Assembly: GCF_026210795.1 (NCBI RefSeq) | Contig: NC_089432.1 | Span: 992,001 to 1,056,000, forward strand | Direction: 5' to 3' | DNA from: Rhizophagus irregularis | Lineage: Eukaryota | DNA length: 64,000 nt | In this document: one piece after another, positions 1 through 14,070 of the stretch | Numbering within the stretch: the first letter of the stretch is position 1 | How the letters are laid out: the number at the start of each line of letters is the position of its first letter | Notes under the pieces: generated by a model | What the model saw: only the letters and a program-made list of their open reading frames with translations | Told to the model about the DNA's origin: nothing | Databases searched by the model: none | Program-made: the position numbers and the translations under genes

Positions 1-1152
1 ACCAATAGAGGTTAAAAATGTTGAGATTAAGGATAACATCAGAGTAACTGATGGTAAAAAGCATATTGAAAAAGATGGTAAAAACATCAGAATAATAGAA
101 GACTTTGAAAAGATGGGAGCACTATATTTAGCTCACAGTCATGAATTATCGGCACATATGGGAATCAAAAGTACTTATGATAATTTAAAAGATAAATATT
201 ATTGGGAAAATATGCTGAATGATGTTGAAAGATATGTAAGGACATGTGATGAATGTCAAAGAAGAGGAAAACCACAAGGGAAAAATGAATTACACCCAAT
301 TAAAGTAGTAGAACCATGGTATCAAATCGGGATTGACTTTGTTGGACCATTGAACACGACAACAAATGGTAATAAATACATCATAGTAGCAATGGATTAT
401 TTTACAAAATGGCCAGAAGCCAAAGCAGTAAAGGAAGCAACTGCCAAAGAAGTATCAAAATTTATTTATGAAGACATCATCTGTAGACATGGATGTCCAA
501 TGAAAATATTGAGTGATAGAGGAAGTCATTTCAATAATGAAATGATTAAAGAATTAATGGAAAAATTCAAAATTAAATGGAATTTTTCTACAAGTTATCA
601 TCCAGAGACAAATGGACTTGTTGAAAGATTCAACCGAACATTAGGTCAAGCATTAGCGAAATTATCAACCAAAGATGATTGGGACCAAAGGATAGCACCC
701 ATATTATTTGCTTACCGAAATAAAAAGCATAGTTCAACAAAAATTCGACCATTTTATTTAACATACGGAAGAAATGTACGGACAATAATGGATGAAAATA
801 TCAAAGAAATTAACCTAAGTGATAGAATAGTTGGATTATTAGAAGAACTACCAAAAATCTGACATGAAGCCAAAGAACAAATACTGAAATCTCAAACAAA
901 ACAAAAAGAGTATCATGACAGAAAAATAATCAAGGAACACACCTTTGGAATTGGAGATAAAATACTACTCTATGATAAAGCCAAAGCACAACAACTATCG
1001 GGAAAATTAGAATCAAAATGGTTGGGACCATTTTACATTCATGAAATACTACCGAATGGAGCTTATAGAATTAAAAATATTAAAGGTGTCATCAAGAAGA
1101 TACCTGTAAATGGAGAATTATTAAAGACTTACCATACACCGATGAGTAAATG
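1..1152 (+). pseudogene. Ty3/Gypsy pol 3' end (integrase: HHCC zinc finger, DDE core, GPY/F module), one in-frame stop
   Basis: H..H..C..C (AHSH...AHMG...CDEC), IGIDFVGP, SDRGSHF, HPETNGLVERFN. The frame continues past TGA 860-862 (probably CGA>TGA) as HEAKEQ...KWLGPFYIHE to a stop at ~1152. Confidence 0.92.
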
Positions 1153-1385
1153 ATAACTATCATCAACGGACTTAGAAAAATAAAGATAATTTATAATCAT
1201 GTGAAATAAAATCACATGACATAAAAATAATTTTCGAAAATAGGAAAAACTAATGAAAATTTCCTAAGAAAGACCGAAGTGAAATCCGGTACAGGAAAAC
1301 CGTAAACTTAACAAACACATGATAAACCGCAGATGTAGACGCAGCAAAAGGGAATATTTAAAACGCAACTGAGTCAAGTAACAAT

Positions 1386-1455
1386 GCATGTTTGATTTAG
1401 TGGTATAATTCGCACCTACCACTTCGAGACACGAGTTCGATTCTTAGAATAAATT
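1386..1455 (+). pseudogene. Decayed tRNA-Gly-like sequence in the Gypsy 3' untranslated region
   Basis: GCATG TTTGATTTAGTGGTATAATTCGCACCTACCAC...ACGAGTTCGATTCT: A-box-like and B-box-like motifs at tRNA spacing, collinear with the eukaryotic tRNA-Gly(GCC) pattern as recalled; stems are degraded. Confidence 0.6.
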
Positions 1456-1478
1456 TAATGTGGGCATTAAATTTTTAT

Positions 1479-1490
1479 GCGGGGGATAGT
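1479..1490 (+). other. Polypurine tract of the Gypsy element
   Basis: GCGGGGGATAGT immediately precedes TGTAAT. Confidence 0.7.
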
Positions 1491-2119
1491 TGTAATGCCG
1501 TAGTATACCTAGTAAATTTATTAATTGTGGGGCGCAGTATTACATTTAGTCTTAGTGTATAAAATTTTAACTTATTTTTATTTTTATTTTAAATGGACCG
1601 AAAAGTCGTTAAACTATTAGTCATGAGAATCAAGGATAATTGGTCCGTGATGACCTTAAACTATTAGTCACGTGATTTAAGGATAAATGAAGATCCGGAA
1701 GATACTAAATTGGATGAAATCAAGTGATCTGAGGTGTCAAGTGATTAATTTGTTGATCACTACGTTAATATTATAAATCATAATTCAGGAGTTCATGATG
1801 ATCAAATGGATACAAAATTAAGATAATGGAAATACTTTAGGATAATGGAAATACTTTAAAATAATGGAAATACTTTAATAATTTAAATCCATGAATCGAA
1901 ATTATGAATTTGGTTACACAAAGACAAACATAAAAGGGCGTGAAGATCAACTTTTGAAAAAGGGAGAAAATTAGACGAATTTTGTTATGAATTATTTATT
2001 TTGTTATTTAATGTTATTAAACCAAGCATATTATTGTATTTATTTATATTATTAATAAAGAGTCATTTTGTTAATACCTGAGGTGGCAAACATAATTCTC
2101 TATGGGCTCAGGTGTTACA
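1491..2119 (+). mobile_element. 3' LTR of the Gypsy element (~629 bp)
   Basis: TGTAAT...GTTACA inverted ends after the PPT; internal 3x ATAATGGAAATACTTTA repeat at ~1823-1877. Confidence 0.75.
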
Positions 2120-2546
2120 CTATGACATGCATAATAGTACGATCAGCAATTAAATTTTACGTTGACTTCGTTGACTTCAAATTTTTTTTTTTTTTTGAAC
2201 TAATTATACTTTGATATAAAAATAAAATAAATGCAACTTCTTTTATTTCATTTATTTCATTGAAAAATAAATAAAGTACTTATTACATATAAAATATAAA
2301 AAACAATAGATAATAAAAAAAGAATTTTAAAAACAGTTCGTATTTGTCAGGTGATCTATGACATGTGTAACATGATCAGCAATTAAATTTTACGTAGACT
2401 TCAAATTTTTTTTTAAACCACTTTTCTTTGACATAAAAAATAAAATACGTTTTTTATTTCATTAAAAAAAATAAATATAGCACTTATTACATATAAAATA
2501 TAAAGAACAGATAATAAAAAAAATTAAAGAAAAGATTATTACTGGG
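2120..2546. repeat. ~237-bp tandem duplication ending in TTACTGGG (possible CCCAG-type EnSpm/CMC terminus)
   Basis: CTATGACATG..GATCAGCAATTAAATTTTACGT occurs at 2120 and 2357; the end is the reverse complement of CCCAGTAA seen at 34958. Confidence 0.5.
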
Positions 2547-3576
2547 TTACGTTAGTTCATAAACATTATTTAGTTTTTGTTTTTTTCTACCTCTTGTTGA
2601 ATTTGAAATTTTTGGTGTATTATTTTTTTTTTTAATATTTTCGTTTCTCTCTTCATTTCTTATATTTTCATTTCTTTTTTCATTTTCTTCAATATTTTCA
2701 TTAATTCTTTCTTCATTTTCTTCATTTGTAATAGAAATTTCACTATCATGAATTTCATCACTTTGTTGATTTTGTAATAGCAAAGATCTTGAAATATCTG
2801 TTATTTTAGTCATATTTGTTTTATGTTTATTTTTAGTTGGTGTCATTGACAATGATGGTTGTGTTGTTGAATTCTGTTGTATGAGAGAAATTCTTTGTTC
2901 TATAACAGATTTTGAAGATCCTTCATTACGTGAATCAGATTTTGATTTCCATGGAACTACAATACTGTTATCTGATTCTATTTTTGCTGATACAAACTGA
3001 AATTCCAAAATTTCACAGTATAATTGATCTTTTGCAAAAAAAAATACTCCTGTTGTATGAACTGTTGAATTTTTTCTGGCTTTTGTTAACGCGTTCTTAA
3101 ATCGCCCATTTGGTGGGTGAGTTAAATTTACAGTAAATGGAGTAAATTGATCCTTAGATAAATATGGCTTTACTTGTATTTGTAAAGTATATCCACTTTC
3201 TGTTAATTCTGCATACCCCAAAGTCTTTCCAAGAAGATGTACAGTTGGTTTTATTATAGGAATATCTTCCTTATCGATAAGGAGTTGTACATTAGTTGTA
3301 ATAGAGACGTTTATTGAACCATCTTGAGTTGTTGAAAATTTTCCTGTAATTAAGTATACATTTTCTGCCTTAAGTGGCGAAGTTACTTCAGATCCATCAT
3401 CTGAATCAAGGTCTGTGTTATTTATTAAGGTCATATAATTGTAAAATTTATATATTTGAAATGCAACTTCATTATCAATTCGGGAAATAGACATGCCTTT
3501 CTGCAAGACACCATTATTAATAAGTTTCATCAGTCACAGAGAGTATATACACGATGGTTGTAATGTTTGCAATCAT
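2547..3576 (-). pseudogene. Uncharacterised beta-rich (possibly tandem OB-fold) protein, +1 frameshift near the N-terminus
   Basis: ATG at 3576 gives MIANITTIVYILSVTDET, one base out of frame with the 327-aa ORF; GKF and IPxxKPxV motifs are shared with the 20962 gene; basic RGRKKQK tail. Confidence 0.6.
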
Positions 3577-4179
3577 ATTTCGAAATTTTTTTTAAATCTG
3601 ATTATTATTAAAATGAAAAATGAATAAAAGTAAAAAAAAGTAAATGAATTACTTATATTTATAAAAAAAATTATGACTTTAATATATTTATAATATATTT
3701 TATTTTTTAAAAAAAAGTAATAATATTACAATTATTTATTATTATTTATGATTTATGATTATTAAAAAAATGTGATTTTATTACAATTTATTACAAAATT
3801 ATGATACATTTTATTTAAAACTTAAAAAAGTGGTTCATTGAAAAAATTACGATTTTATTATTTATTAATATATGAAAAATTTTGATTTTTATCAAATTTA
3901 TTAAAAAAAATGCAATTTTATTGAAAAAATTACGATTTTATTACAATTTATTTCAAAATTATGATGATTTTATTACATTTATTTAAATTTTAAAAAAAGT
4001 AGTTTTCATTGAAAAATTGCGATTTTATTATTTATTTACATTGAAAAAAATTGATTTTATCAAAAATTTATTACAATTTATATAATAAAATTAATTTATT
4101 AATTTATATAATAGTTTATGATTGAAATAACATAATCTCATTAACTGTTAAATATTACTTTATTAATTAAATAAATGAT

Positions 4180-5180
4180 AAAAAAAAGGGTAATTTTATT
4201 AGAACTAATTTGTTTATAGTTACTATATGCGGCTTTAAATTTTCTAACCTGTGAATTCAATTTTAGTTTATTTTCTTGTAACGTAAATGATGATCATCTT
4301 TCAATTTTTCAATTTGTAAATTTATTTATTTTTTATTATTAAAAAAGTGTAATAATCTGTTGAAAAAAACCACACTTTTATAATTATAGCTATAAAAAAA
4401 GGGTGGTTTCATTGTAACTAATTTATTTATAGTTATTAATTGCGGCTTTAGTTCTTTTAACTAATAATAACATGTGAATTTAATTGTAGATTATTTTCAT
4501 TGTGACGTAAATGATGATCATCTTTCAATTTTCAATTTGTAAATTTATTTTTTTATTATTAATTAAAAAAACAAATAAAAAAATACAATTTTATTAATAA
4601 AAAAAGGTAGCTTCATTATAACTAATTTATTTATAGTCATTAATTGCGGGCTTTAGTTCTTTTAACTAATAATAACATGTGAATTTAATTGTAGATTATT
4701 TTCATTGTGACGTAAATGATGATCATCTTTCAATTTTCAATTTGTAAATTTATTTTTTTATTATTAATTAAAAAAACAAATAAAAAAATACAATTTTATT
4801 AATAAAAAAAGGTAGCTTCATTATAACTAATTTATTTATAGTCATTAATTGCGGGCTTTAGTTCTTTTAACTAATATTAACATGTGAATTTAATTGTAGA
4901 TTATTTTCATTGTGACGTAAATCTTTCGATTTTCAATTTGTAAATTTATTTATTTTTTTTATTATTAATTAAAAAAATGTGTAATTTATGGGAAAAATCA
5001 CAATTTTTAATTTAATTAACAAACAAATAAAAAAATACAATTTTATTAATAAAAAAAAGTACCTTCATTATAACTAATTTATTTATAGTTACTATATACA
5101 AGTTTCAATTTTTATAACATGTGAATCCAATTTTAGATTATTTTTACTTACTGTGACGTAAATGATGATCAACTTCAATT
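4180..5180. repeat. Tandem repeat, ~5 copies of ~200-250 bp
   Basis: CATTATAACTAATTTATTTATAG...ACATGTGAATTTAATTGTAG...GACGTAAATGATGATCA units begin at ~4180, 4395, 4600, 4804 and 5052. Confidence 0.9.
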
Positions 5181-6307
5181 CACGAAATTTATTTAAACAA
5201 CTGCTGTCCAAAAAACAATCAATTGATATATTGAAATTGAAATTGAAATTGAAATTCATTGCAATGAAACGAAATTTCAATTATGTTTATATATATTTTA
5301 TATAAAAACGGACCCTGTTTTGCCATATTTGCTAACCAAATTAGGACCTACTTCCTTCCTTTTTTGGAATACAACTTATTATTACAACGGCCAATCACAA
5401 TAAACAACACTATGAAATTTAGATCATCTGATTGCTAACAACTTTGTATCATGATCTGTATATATTGATAAAGTAATACAAATATTACGCAGTAGTCAGC
5501 CACAAAATAGTACTAATTTTTTTTAAGATTTTTTTTTTAAAAAAAAAATAATGTTTACTGCGCAATTAAAATATAAATAGGCTACAAATACGTTGTGATA
5601 TTTATATATTGATTCTTGCATTGTATACTGAAATTTATGTATTAAAAAAATGAAACCTTAAAATTTGTGTACCACAATAAATCACGCTTGATTAATTATT
5701 AAATATTGTATAACTAGTTCTGATCGTATAAATTAATTAATAATTAGACATGTCAAAAAATTATAGTAAATAATAAAAAAATTTTAAACTTTATTTATAA
5801 AAAATGAATGTTCATACAGTATATAATAATTTTAAAATTACTACTAAATAATTAATTAATCAAGTTCTAAGAAGATTAAAAATTAAATCATAATAATATT
5901 TTAATTTAATATTATAAAATTCAAATTCCTTTACTTCATTTTCAAAATAAGGCAAACCTCCATATTTAGAATTCTAAATAGTGTTAGAGGTCAGTTCTTA
6001 TAAGCTTAAAAATAAGCTATACATTAAAAAATGTTTATTATTTAATAAAGCAGAAGGTAATTTTAAGGATCAACGTATATGTTAAAATCAATCCAATCAG
6101 ATGCGAATAGAGTATCGCTTCACACTGGCGCATACAATCAGACACAAATAAGGGAAAGCAGATTAACCATATAAAACTAAACTTAAAATTAAGGTGATAT
6201 TAAGGGATAAACATTTTATTAATTAAATTCTTCACACATGTTCCTATCTTAAAATTCAGGTCTAATTACAGGTCTATATATACATAAATTTCCAAACTAA
6301 AAATGTT

Positions 6308-6475
6308 TAACATATGCTACATATGCTATATATCCTATATATCCTATATATTCTATATATACTATATGTTCCATATATACTACATGTTCTATATATCCCA
6401 TATATGCTACATGTTCTATATATTCTATATATCGGACATATGCAACATATCGAACATGTCAAACATATTCGACAT
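6308..6475. repeat. 9-nt minisatellite (CATATGCTA/TATATTCTA variants)
   Basis: 9-nt periodicity is visible directly; explains the spurious ORF 6303-6509. Confidence 0.85.
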
Positions 6476-6599
6476 TGATCGGCATCACTGGTCCAGTTAT
6501 ATCACATGATTGCTGCGCAACATTTTACTGCGTAACAATAGCCAAATATTTGATATTATGACATATTTGAGATAATTGATGAAAAAATTCTGAATAAAT

Positions 6600-7145
6600 A
6601 TTTAAACAACACTATAATTCTGTAAGATTTGTTAAACAGACTTTCGCTTTAGGTGGATAGATAGACTCAAGTTATTTATTGACGCCGCATTCTGAATAAT
6701 AAATAATCCACAGATCTCAATGTTGAAACTTGATTAATAATCATTTTTAATAATTCTTTTAATAATAAGCTTTCGTTATATCCAAAACCTCTTAAATCTG
6801 GAGGAAATCTTTGAATCATTGATAGAATCCATAGATTGTAATATCTTTGATAAATGATGGGCAATTAAACAATGGAGGTTTCGAGTTTGAGTTAGATTGA
6901 TAATGAAAAAGTTTTTCAGATCCTTTGATTCCTTAGAAAGTAATTAACGTACTAATAATTGATAATGATACATGTGATTTAAAGTCATAATCATAATCTT
7001 GAAAATTCCAAACATATTTCTACAAAATTCTGACGGCAATTTCACAAACTAATGATCATTAATGTAACTTATATAAGGTATTTTTATCTTCTTCTAAATA
7101 TTCAAATATACAATTAAGACAATCAGCAATGAGTTGACAAGGCAT
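6600..7145 (-). pseudogene. F-box-like (Glomeromycota F-box/LRR family) remnant
   Basis: The minus strand reads MPCQLIADCLNCIFEYLEEDKNTLY...CEIAVRIL*RN...KPPLFNCPSF with stops and frameshifts. Confidence 0.65.
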
Positions 7146-8773
7146 TTTTTTTTCCAAAAAGAAATGAAAAATGTATTTCCGCGTTACAGGTTAACGTTTA
7201 TATATAGAAAGGGTAACTATTTTAACATGAGGGCTGTGATATTTATTACATAATATCCATTTATTATAAGCTATTAACTCCATGTAATATAATAGTTATA
7301 TACAACAAATTTCTATTACTTACTACAACAGAACATCAATAGCAATGCTTAATTGCACTAAAAAAAATCAAAGTGGAGGTTGCAGAATTGTAAATCTTGA
7401 CAAGGGTCCTAATATCAAAGAATATATCAGTGTTAAAAAAATACTTAAAAGTTATAATACTCGAGATTAAGCAATTCTTGCCATGTTTACTTCATTAAAA
7501 CACTACTAATTATCTGAAGCGTAAGCGTAGTACACTTCCATTCTACTGCAAACCATACATGTGTTGTCTGGCTGCACGCGTGTATGACCAATAAAATATT
7601 GAGATCAGACGTAACTTTAGATTTGTTTACGTGTAACACTTTTTGTTTATGTCCCTGATTTAAAATTTCTTAAAAATTTTTTATGGCATTTAAAAAATAA
7701 CAAATACATTTTCATTTTTAATTTCTCAAAAATTTTACATGCTTTATGTATGATAATAAAAAAACTTTTATTTTAGTGACATTTTTTAGTGTTACTAGTG
7801 TTATATTTTTTTTTTGTTACATTTTTTAGCATTACACATTTTATAGTTTAATTTTTATGAGCATGTGATTTATTACGCTTCGGATGCATCAACAGTTACC
7901 GTTTCCTAGTTTTGATATATTTCAACATCCAAAGAGAAGAGACATGATTGTTGTCAATGTTATGGTGAAAAAGTTTGTTAAAAATGTGCTGTGTAAGTAT
8001 TTCTTAAATTTATCTTTACTAATTTTATTCAATATAATATGATTAACCGCATAGTTCCAATGTATTCATTATATTTATTTTTATAAAATAAATTAAAGTT
8101 GGAAACTTTCTCTAATAGAATCAGATATTGTATTGATCCAAGTTTGGGCGAATGACAAGATCGAATATTAGGATCCGATGAATCATCAGCGCAATTTGTC
8201 AGATAGAAAATTGGTTATCTTGTTTTTTAATAAAATAAGTTAATAAAACATCAATAGACAACGATGCTCATAGTTGACAATTAACTTTCGTAAATTATTA
8301 GTTCACTAAAATCAAAGAAGTTATAGTTCAGTAACATATAACATTTTAGAATTTTTTATTTATTGTAAGAATAAACCATTTTATCTGATAAATCCAACCC
8401 CATAAAAAATGTTTGTCCGATAAATATTCGGAATGAGTCAATTTTCCGGACACTCACACGCTATTATACAATATTTGTTACAATTTAATACAAGATGCGG
8501 AGATTGAGAATTTTTAACCACATAAAAAATGTACAATATCATGACGAATGTCCAAGAAATGTCAAGTAAATAAATGTTCGGAATGGGGTTAATTTTCCAG
8601 ACGAAAAACCGAACAGTGTTTGGACAATATTTTTATAGGGCAAAAATTTCAGAAAAATATCTAATATCAGTGAATTATAAATTTACATTTTGTTGTAGTC
8701 AATAGTAAATCAGGAACCCCTTTTTTATTTCGTTGTTATAAAAGAGTTATTTTAATTATATAAACTAAACCTA

Positions 8774-9754
8774 TTATTTCTTTGAAAATTCTTGTAATTT
8801 TTTTTGAGCATTGTAATATTCTTGTTCGGCTGACTTTTTGTACCAGTAAATTGCCTGTCCTACATTTTTTTCAATTCCATTTCCATTTTCATACATCAAA
8901 GCAAGATTATATTGAGCATATTTATTTTTCAAATTTGCTGCCTTCGAATATAATTCAAATGCCTTTTTCACATTAACATCAGTTCCAAATCCTTCTTCAT
9001 AACACCATCCTAAATAAGTTATTCCATTCGTACTTCCTAATTCTGTTGCTTTTTGGTATGATTCAAATGCTTTTTGTTTATCAACATTAGTTCCAACTCC
9101 ATCTTCATAACAAATTCCTAAATTATTTAATCCATTTAAATTTCCTAAATCTGCAGCATTTTGATATAATTCAAATGCCTTTTCCTTATCAATATCAGTT
9201 CCAACTCCAATATCATAACAATAACCTAAAAGATTCATTCCACTTGAGTATCCTTTTTCTACTAATTTACTAGAAAATTCAAAAGCTTTTTCATAATTTT
9301 TATCACAACCCTCTCCATCAATATACATAACAGCAAGATCAAGTTGCGCTGCATTATTTCCCAAATTCGCCGCTTTTTGATATAATTCAAATGTTTTTTG
9401 TATATCAATATTAACTTCAATTCCATTATAATTAAAATATCCAAGAAAATAAATAGAATTTGAATTATTTTGATTATTTAATAGCCATTCATAAATTTCT
9501 TGTAAATTTATTTTAAGATTATTAATATAATCAAGAAGATGTCGTTTTATTATAATTTCTTCTTTTCCTTCATTTACTTCTTTAAAGTAAAGATTAAATA
9601 ATTCGTTAATTACAATATTTAAATCTTCTTCAAAAATATTTCCATGAATATTTTGTGTTGTAGGTTCTATTTCTTTTATATTCATTTTATTAAAATTTTG
9701 AATAATTTGAAATAATTCTTCATTTAATAATTTGTTATTATCAATATTATCCAT
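8774..9754 (-). CDS. Sel1-like repeat protein, 6 repeats
   Basis: 36-aa repeats LGxCYxxGxGTxxDxxKAFELYQKAA; terminal AQYNLALMY...AIYWYKKSAEQ. Confidence 0.92.
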   Translation of the reverse strand: MDNIDNNKLLNEELFQIIQNFNKMNIKEIEPTTQNIHGNIFEEDLNIVINELFNLYFKEVNEGKEEIIIKRHLLDYINNLKINLQEIYEWLLNNQNNSNSIYFLGYFNYNGIEVNIDIQKTFELYQKAANLGNNAAQLDLAVMYIDGEGCDKNYEKAFEFSSKLVEKGYSSGMNLLGYCYDIGVGTDIDKEKAFELYQNAADLGNLNGLNNLGICYEDGVGTNVDKQKAFESYQKATELGSTNGITYLGWCYEEGFGTDVNVKKAFELYSKAANLKNKYAQYNLALMYENGNGIEKNVGQAIYWYKKSAEQEYYNAQKKLQEFSKK

Positions 9755-11789
9755 ATTATCCGTATTAAATTTCTTGTCTTACAATGCAAAATAATAAAAA
9801 ATTAAAAGCACAAAATTTATTTGTGTAAAAACATGTATATATTTTTCGCAACATATTTATTTACTTAGTGTACGGTAACACTACAGTGAATTATTATTAA
9901 TGCAGATCAAAAAGCCGTTTATCCAGAAATTCTTTCAACCTTATTTCGTAATTTTGTTGGTAATACGGCATAAAAAATTTTTTATTTCACGAATAATATT
10001 ATGGAAAAAATACTAAATTAATAAATTTGGAAAATATTTCATGATTGCGAATAAAAAAGAAAAATTTAGTTTCTTCGAAGGTTTTGTCAAATAAAAGATA
10101 TTTCGAAACATTTGGAAATAAGTTTTAATTATTAAGTATTGTTAATTATTATTACAGTATTGAAATAAGGATTATAAAAACGTGAGCAAGGACAATGCAA
10201 AAACATTTTTAATAATGGGCGTTCGCGCTCAATAGCGCAGAAAGGAAAACTATCAATTTTAGAAGTGAACATGAGAAAACGATGAAATAATGAATGTAAA
10301 AAATAATAATGTGATGAAGAAGAGAAGATTAATGAAAAATAATAACAATTTTAGAAATTCAGACAGTCACGGGATTTTATTTAAATCCGGCGCAAGAAAG
10401 AGTAATGACATATAGAATATTTATCAAAGATGATCCTCCTCCGATCATCATCGTGAGCGACATCAATTGTTCAAAATTTTACGATTATGACTTATTTGAT
10501 ATACTACAATATATTTTCTTGTTCGTAAAAAAGCGATATAGTCAAACTTGTATTTAACCTATTTAAAATTTTTTTTGGTACTATATCTGCTTTTATAGCA
10601 TATTTTGTCGTCGAAGTGTATTTCTATGTATTATTAAAAACAAAAAAATTTTTTTTTCAAAAAGATAACGTATTTTTCAAAAAATTTTTTTTTTTTTTTT
10701 TTAAGAAAAAAAAGAATGTTTTGTAGATTTTTATCGGGCAAGATCATGATTTATGAATTTTTATTAAATTTAATCAATAAAATATTTTCTTTTTAAAAAA
10801 TATAGTCAGTCACAGGAGGGAATGTAAGAAAGAAAATTATTAGAATATTAAAAATTGTAAAATAAAGGAGAAATACGAAAATAAAAAAAAAGGCAAGAAA
10901 AAAGAGAGAAAACTAGTAACTTGAATTTAATAATGTCCAGACATCTCTTCAGTATATTTTGAGGATTTATTTGAGATGTTTTCAGATTTTATAATACATA
11001 GGAACAGTATGAATAAAATTTTCAAATGCATTAAATGGTCCAGTTTCACGGAATTCTTTTCTGATAAAAGAGCTTTAAAGAGCGTATCAGATAGTTAATT
11101 ATTGCAATCAGGATGATAATAAATATATCCTACAAAAAATTTGTAATGGCAAACAGCGATTCGATTAGTTTTTATAGGATTAAGCATTAATATAAATATA
11201 ATTCTATTGAACATTTTCTATCTGGATATTCATTCAGGTAATAAAACTCGTGTTATCTGGAATTTTAGAAATATAGAGTATATCCGATAGTATCTACACT
11301 GTGATTGGCAAATACGCGAGCAAATTACCTCTTAGAAGTGAGTTTGTAGTATTCATTAATCGTTGTTAGATATGCTGTAATTACAATTGCACAATGGCAG
11401 TCTAATTAGAAAATAGTATAAATTCAACTTTCACAATAGTCCACAACATGAAAACTCAATGTTCATGTTTTTATAATTTCACTTAAGTTGTAATGATAGA
11501 ATAGTAGTAATGATGATAATAATGATAATGATATAATTATTCTCATAATACTAATTATAGTCAACTTAAAAATTTTTAAAAAAAAATTACTTTATTATTA
11601 AATCCAAAGTTTTGTTACAAATAAAAATAAATCTAATATAATAATGATCCTTTTTATAACGTGATTATCGATTAAATAAGGGAGAATTCTTATGTTATTT
11701 TCCTATTGTAGTGAGAAGGTTATTTTACTAATCTATTTTCGTTATGTAATAATTCCAATATTATTAAACAAATTTGATATATATACATT

Positions 11790-12581
11790 TCATTCAGTTG
11801 AAAGTTCTTTTAATTTATCTTGAGCAAATTTATCCCCTTGTTCAGCAGATTTTTTATACCAATGAATTGCCTGATATATATCTTTATCAGTTCCTTTTCC
11901 AAATTCATACATTAAAGCAAGATTATATTGAGCCAAATTATTCTTCAAATTTGCTGCTTTTTGAAATAACTTAACTGCCTTTTCATTATCAATACCAGCT
12001 CCAATTCCTTTATCATAACAATATCCTAAAAGATTCATTCCACTTGAGTATCCCTTTTCCGCTAATTTTTTAGATAATTCAAAAGCTTTATCATAATTTT
12101 TTTCAACACCTTCTCCATCAATATACATATTTGCGATATTATATTGGGCCATAATATTTCCTAAATTTGTTGCTTTTTGGTATAATTTGAGTGCTTGTTT
12201 TCTATTAACATTGACTTGAATTCCATAATAATTTAAATATCCAAGTAAATAAATAGAATTTGAATCGTTTTGATTGTTTAAAAGCCATTTATAGAATTCA
12301 TGTGAATCTAATTTATGATTATTAATATAATCAATAACATGTTGTTTTATTACAATTTCTTCCTTTCCTTCATTTATTTCCTTAAAACAAAGATTAACCA
12401 AATTATCAACTACAATACCTAATTCTTCTTCAAAAATAATTTCATTAATATTTTGTGTTGTAGGTTGCTTCTCTTTTATGTTAGTTTTATAAAAATTTTG
12501 AATAATTTGAGATAATGAAATTTGAATATTTGATGAATCAACATTATTTGAATTCGAATTAAGTTGTTTATCAGACATCAT
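11790..12581 (-). CDS. Sel1-like repeat protein, 4 repeats
   Basis: Same N-terminal linker; two internal repeats fewer than its neighbours, frame intact. Confidence 0.9.
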   Translation of the reverse strand: MMSDKQLNSNSNNVDSSNIQISLSQIIQNFYKTNIKEKQPTTQNINEIIFEEELGIVVDNLVNLCFKEINEGKEEIVIKQHVIDYINNHKLDSHEFYKWLLNNQNDSNSIYLLGYLNYYGIQVNVNRKQALKLYQKATNLGNIMAQYNIANMYIDGEGVEKNYDKAFELSKKLAEKGYSSGMNLLGYCYDKGIGAGIDNEKAVKLFQKAANLKNNLAQYNLALMYEFGKGTDKDIYQAIHWYKKSAEQGDKFAQDKLKELSTE

Positions 12582-14070
12582 AAAATAATAATTTTAAATA
12601 AGAGGTGAAGAACAATATATTTTTTTTCACAACATATTTATTTAACTGTATGGTGACACTGCAGTTAAATTACGTAGATCATCCTTTTGTACCTCCGCTA
12701 TTGTATTTTTATTTGTAGGTCAAGTGTCGATCTTTATAACGAATAAATTTGTTAAAATTCATTAATAAAATGCTATTATTATTACAAAGGAATGACGCTC
12801 AATAATTAATATTTAATTTTTGTAAAATCACTACTCACTAAAATCTAGTGAGCCTATTTAAATTTTTTACATGATGTTATAAAAAACTTTTTCAGAGGAA
12901 AGGAAAAGTCTACCATTTATCTGATAATGATAATAAAGCTAATAAAAGAAATTCAAACAATTATATAAAAAATCCACTACAACTAAGTTTATTATAATAA
13001 ATAAAGTTCATAAAAAAATAAATTGTATCTCAATCATAAAATAATCATGTAAACTTGATAGATTAAGTGCTTAAAATTTTGATAAATGGAAAATTTTTTA
13101 TAATATTAGTAAAATTATCATAATTTGTATCTTATTGTATTCAATAAAATGAGAAGCTCTTACTATTTTTTTTTCTTATAAAGTTAATAATTGTAGTAAA
13201 TTAAAATACTGCTGTAGTTACAGTATACACTAAATAAACCATTGAATTTATTATTTCTTTGAGAATTCTTCCAATTTAATTTGAGCACTACTATAAAATC
13301 CTTGCACAGCTGATTTTTCTGTACCAATAAATTGTTTGTTCCATACTTTCTACAATCCCATTTCATTCTTAATTCATTAAACCAAGATTATGTTAAGCTC
13401 AAGAATTTCCCAAATTTGCTGCCAATTGATAAAATTCAAATGCCTCTTGCATATTTAATTTTATTCCAATTTCATGATTATGACAATATTCTAACAAAGA
13501 AATTGCATTCATATTTCCTTTTTCAGCAGACTTTTCAATAAGCTCAAAAGATTTCTTATAATTTACTCCAACACCTTCTCCATAACTATACATATATGCA
13601 AGATTATACAGCGCTAAACAATTACCTAAATTTGCTGCTTTTTGATAAAATTCAAATGCTTTTTCCTTATCTTCATCAGTTCCAATTCCAATATCATAAC
13701 AATAACCTAACAGATTTATTCCACTTGAGTATCCCTTTTCTGCCAATTTTTCAGATAATTCAAAACCTTCTTCATGATAATTACTATCCCCTCCCTCAAT
13801 ATACACATTAGCAAGTTCAAACAGAGCTAAGTTATTGTCTAATTTTGCTGCTTTTTGATACAATTCAAGTGCTTTTTCTATATTGATATCAATTCCAATT
13901 CCATAATAATTAAAATATCCAAGTAAATAAATAGATTTTGAATCATTTTGATTATTTAAAAGCCAGTTATGAAATTCATGTAAATCTAACTTATGATTAT
14001 TAATATAATCAAAAACATGTTGATTTATTACAATTTCTTCCTTTCCTTCATCTGATTCCTTAAAACAAAG

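Noticed and set aside
6303..6509. ORF rich in Y/I
   Set aside because: Translation of a 9-nt minisatellite
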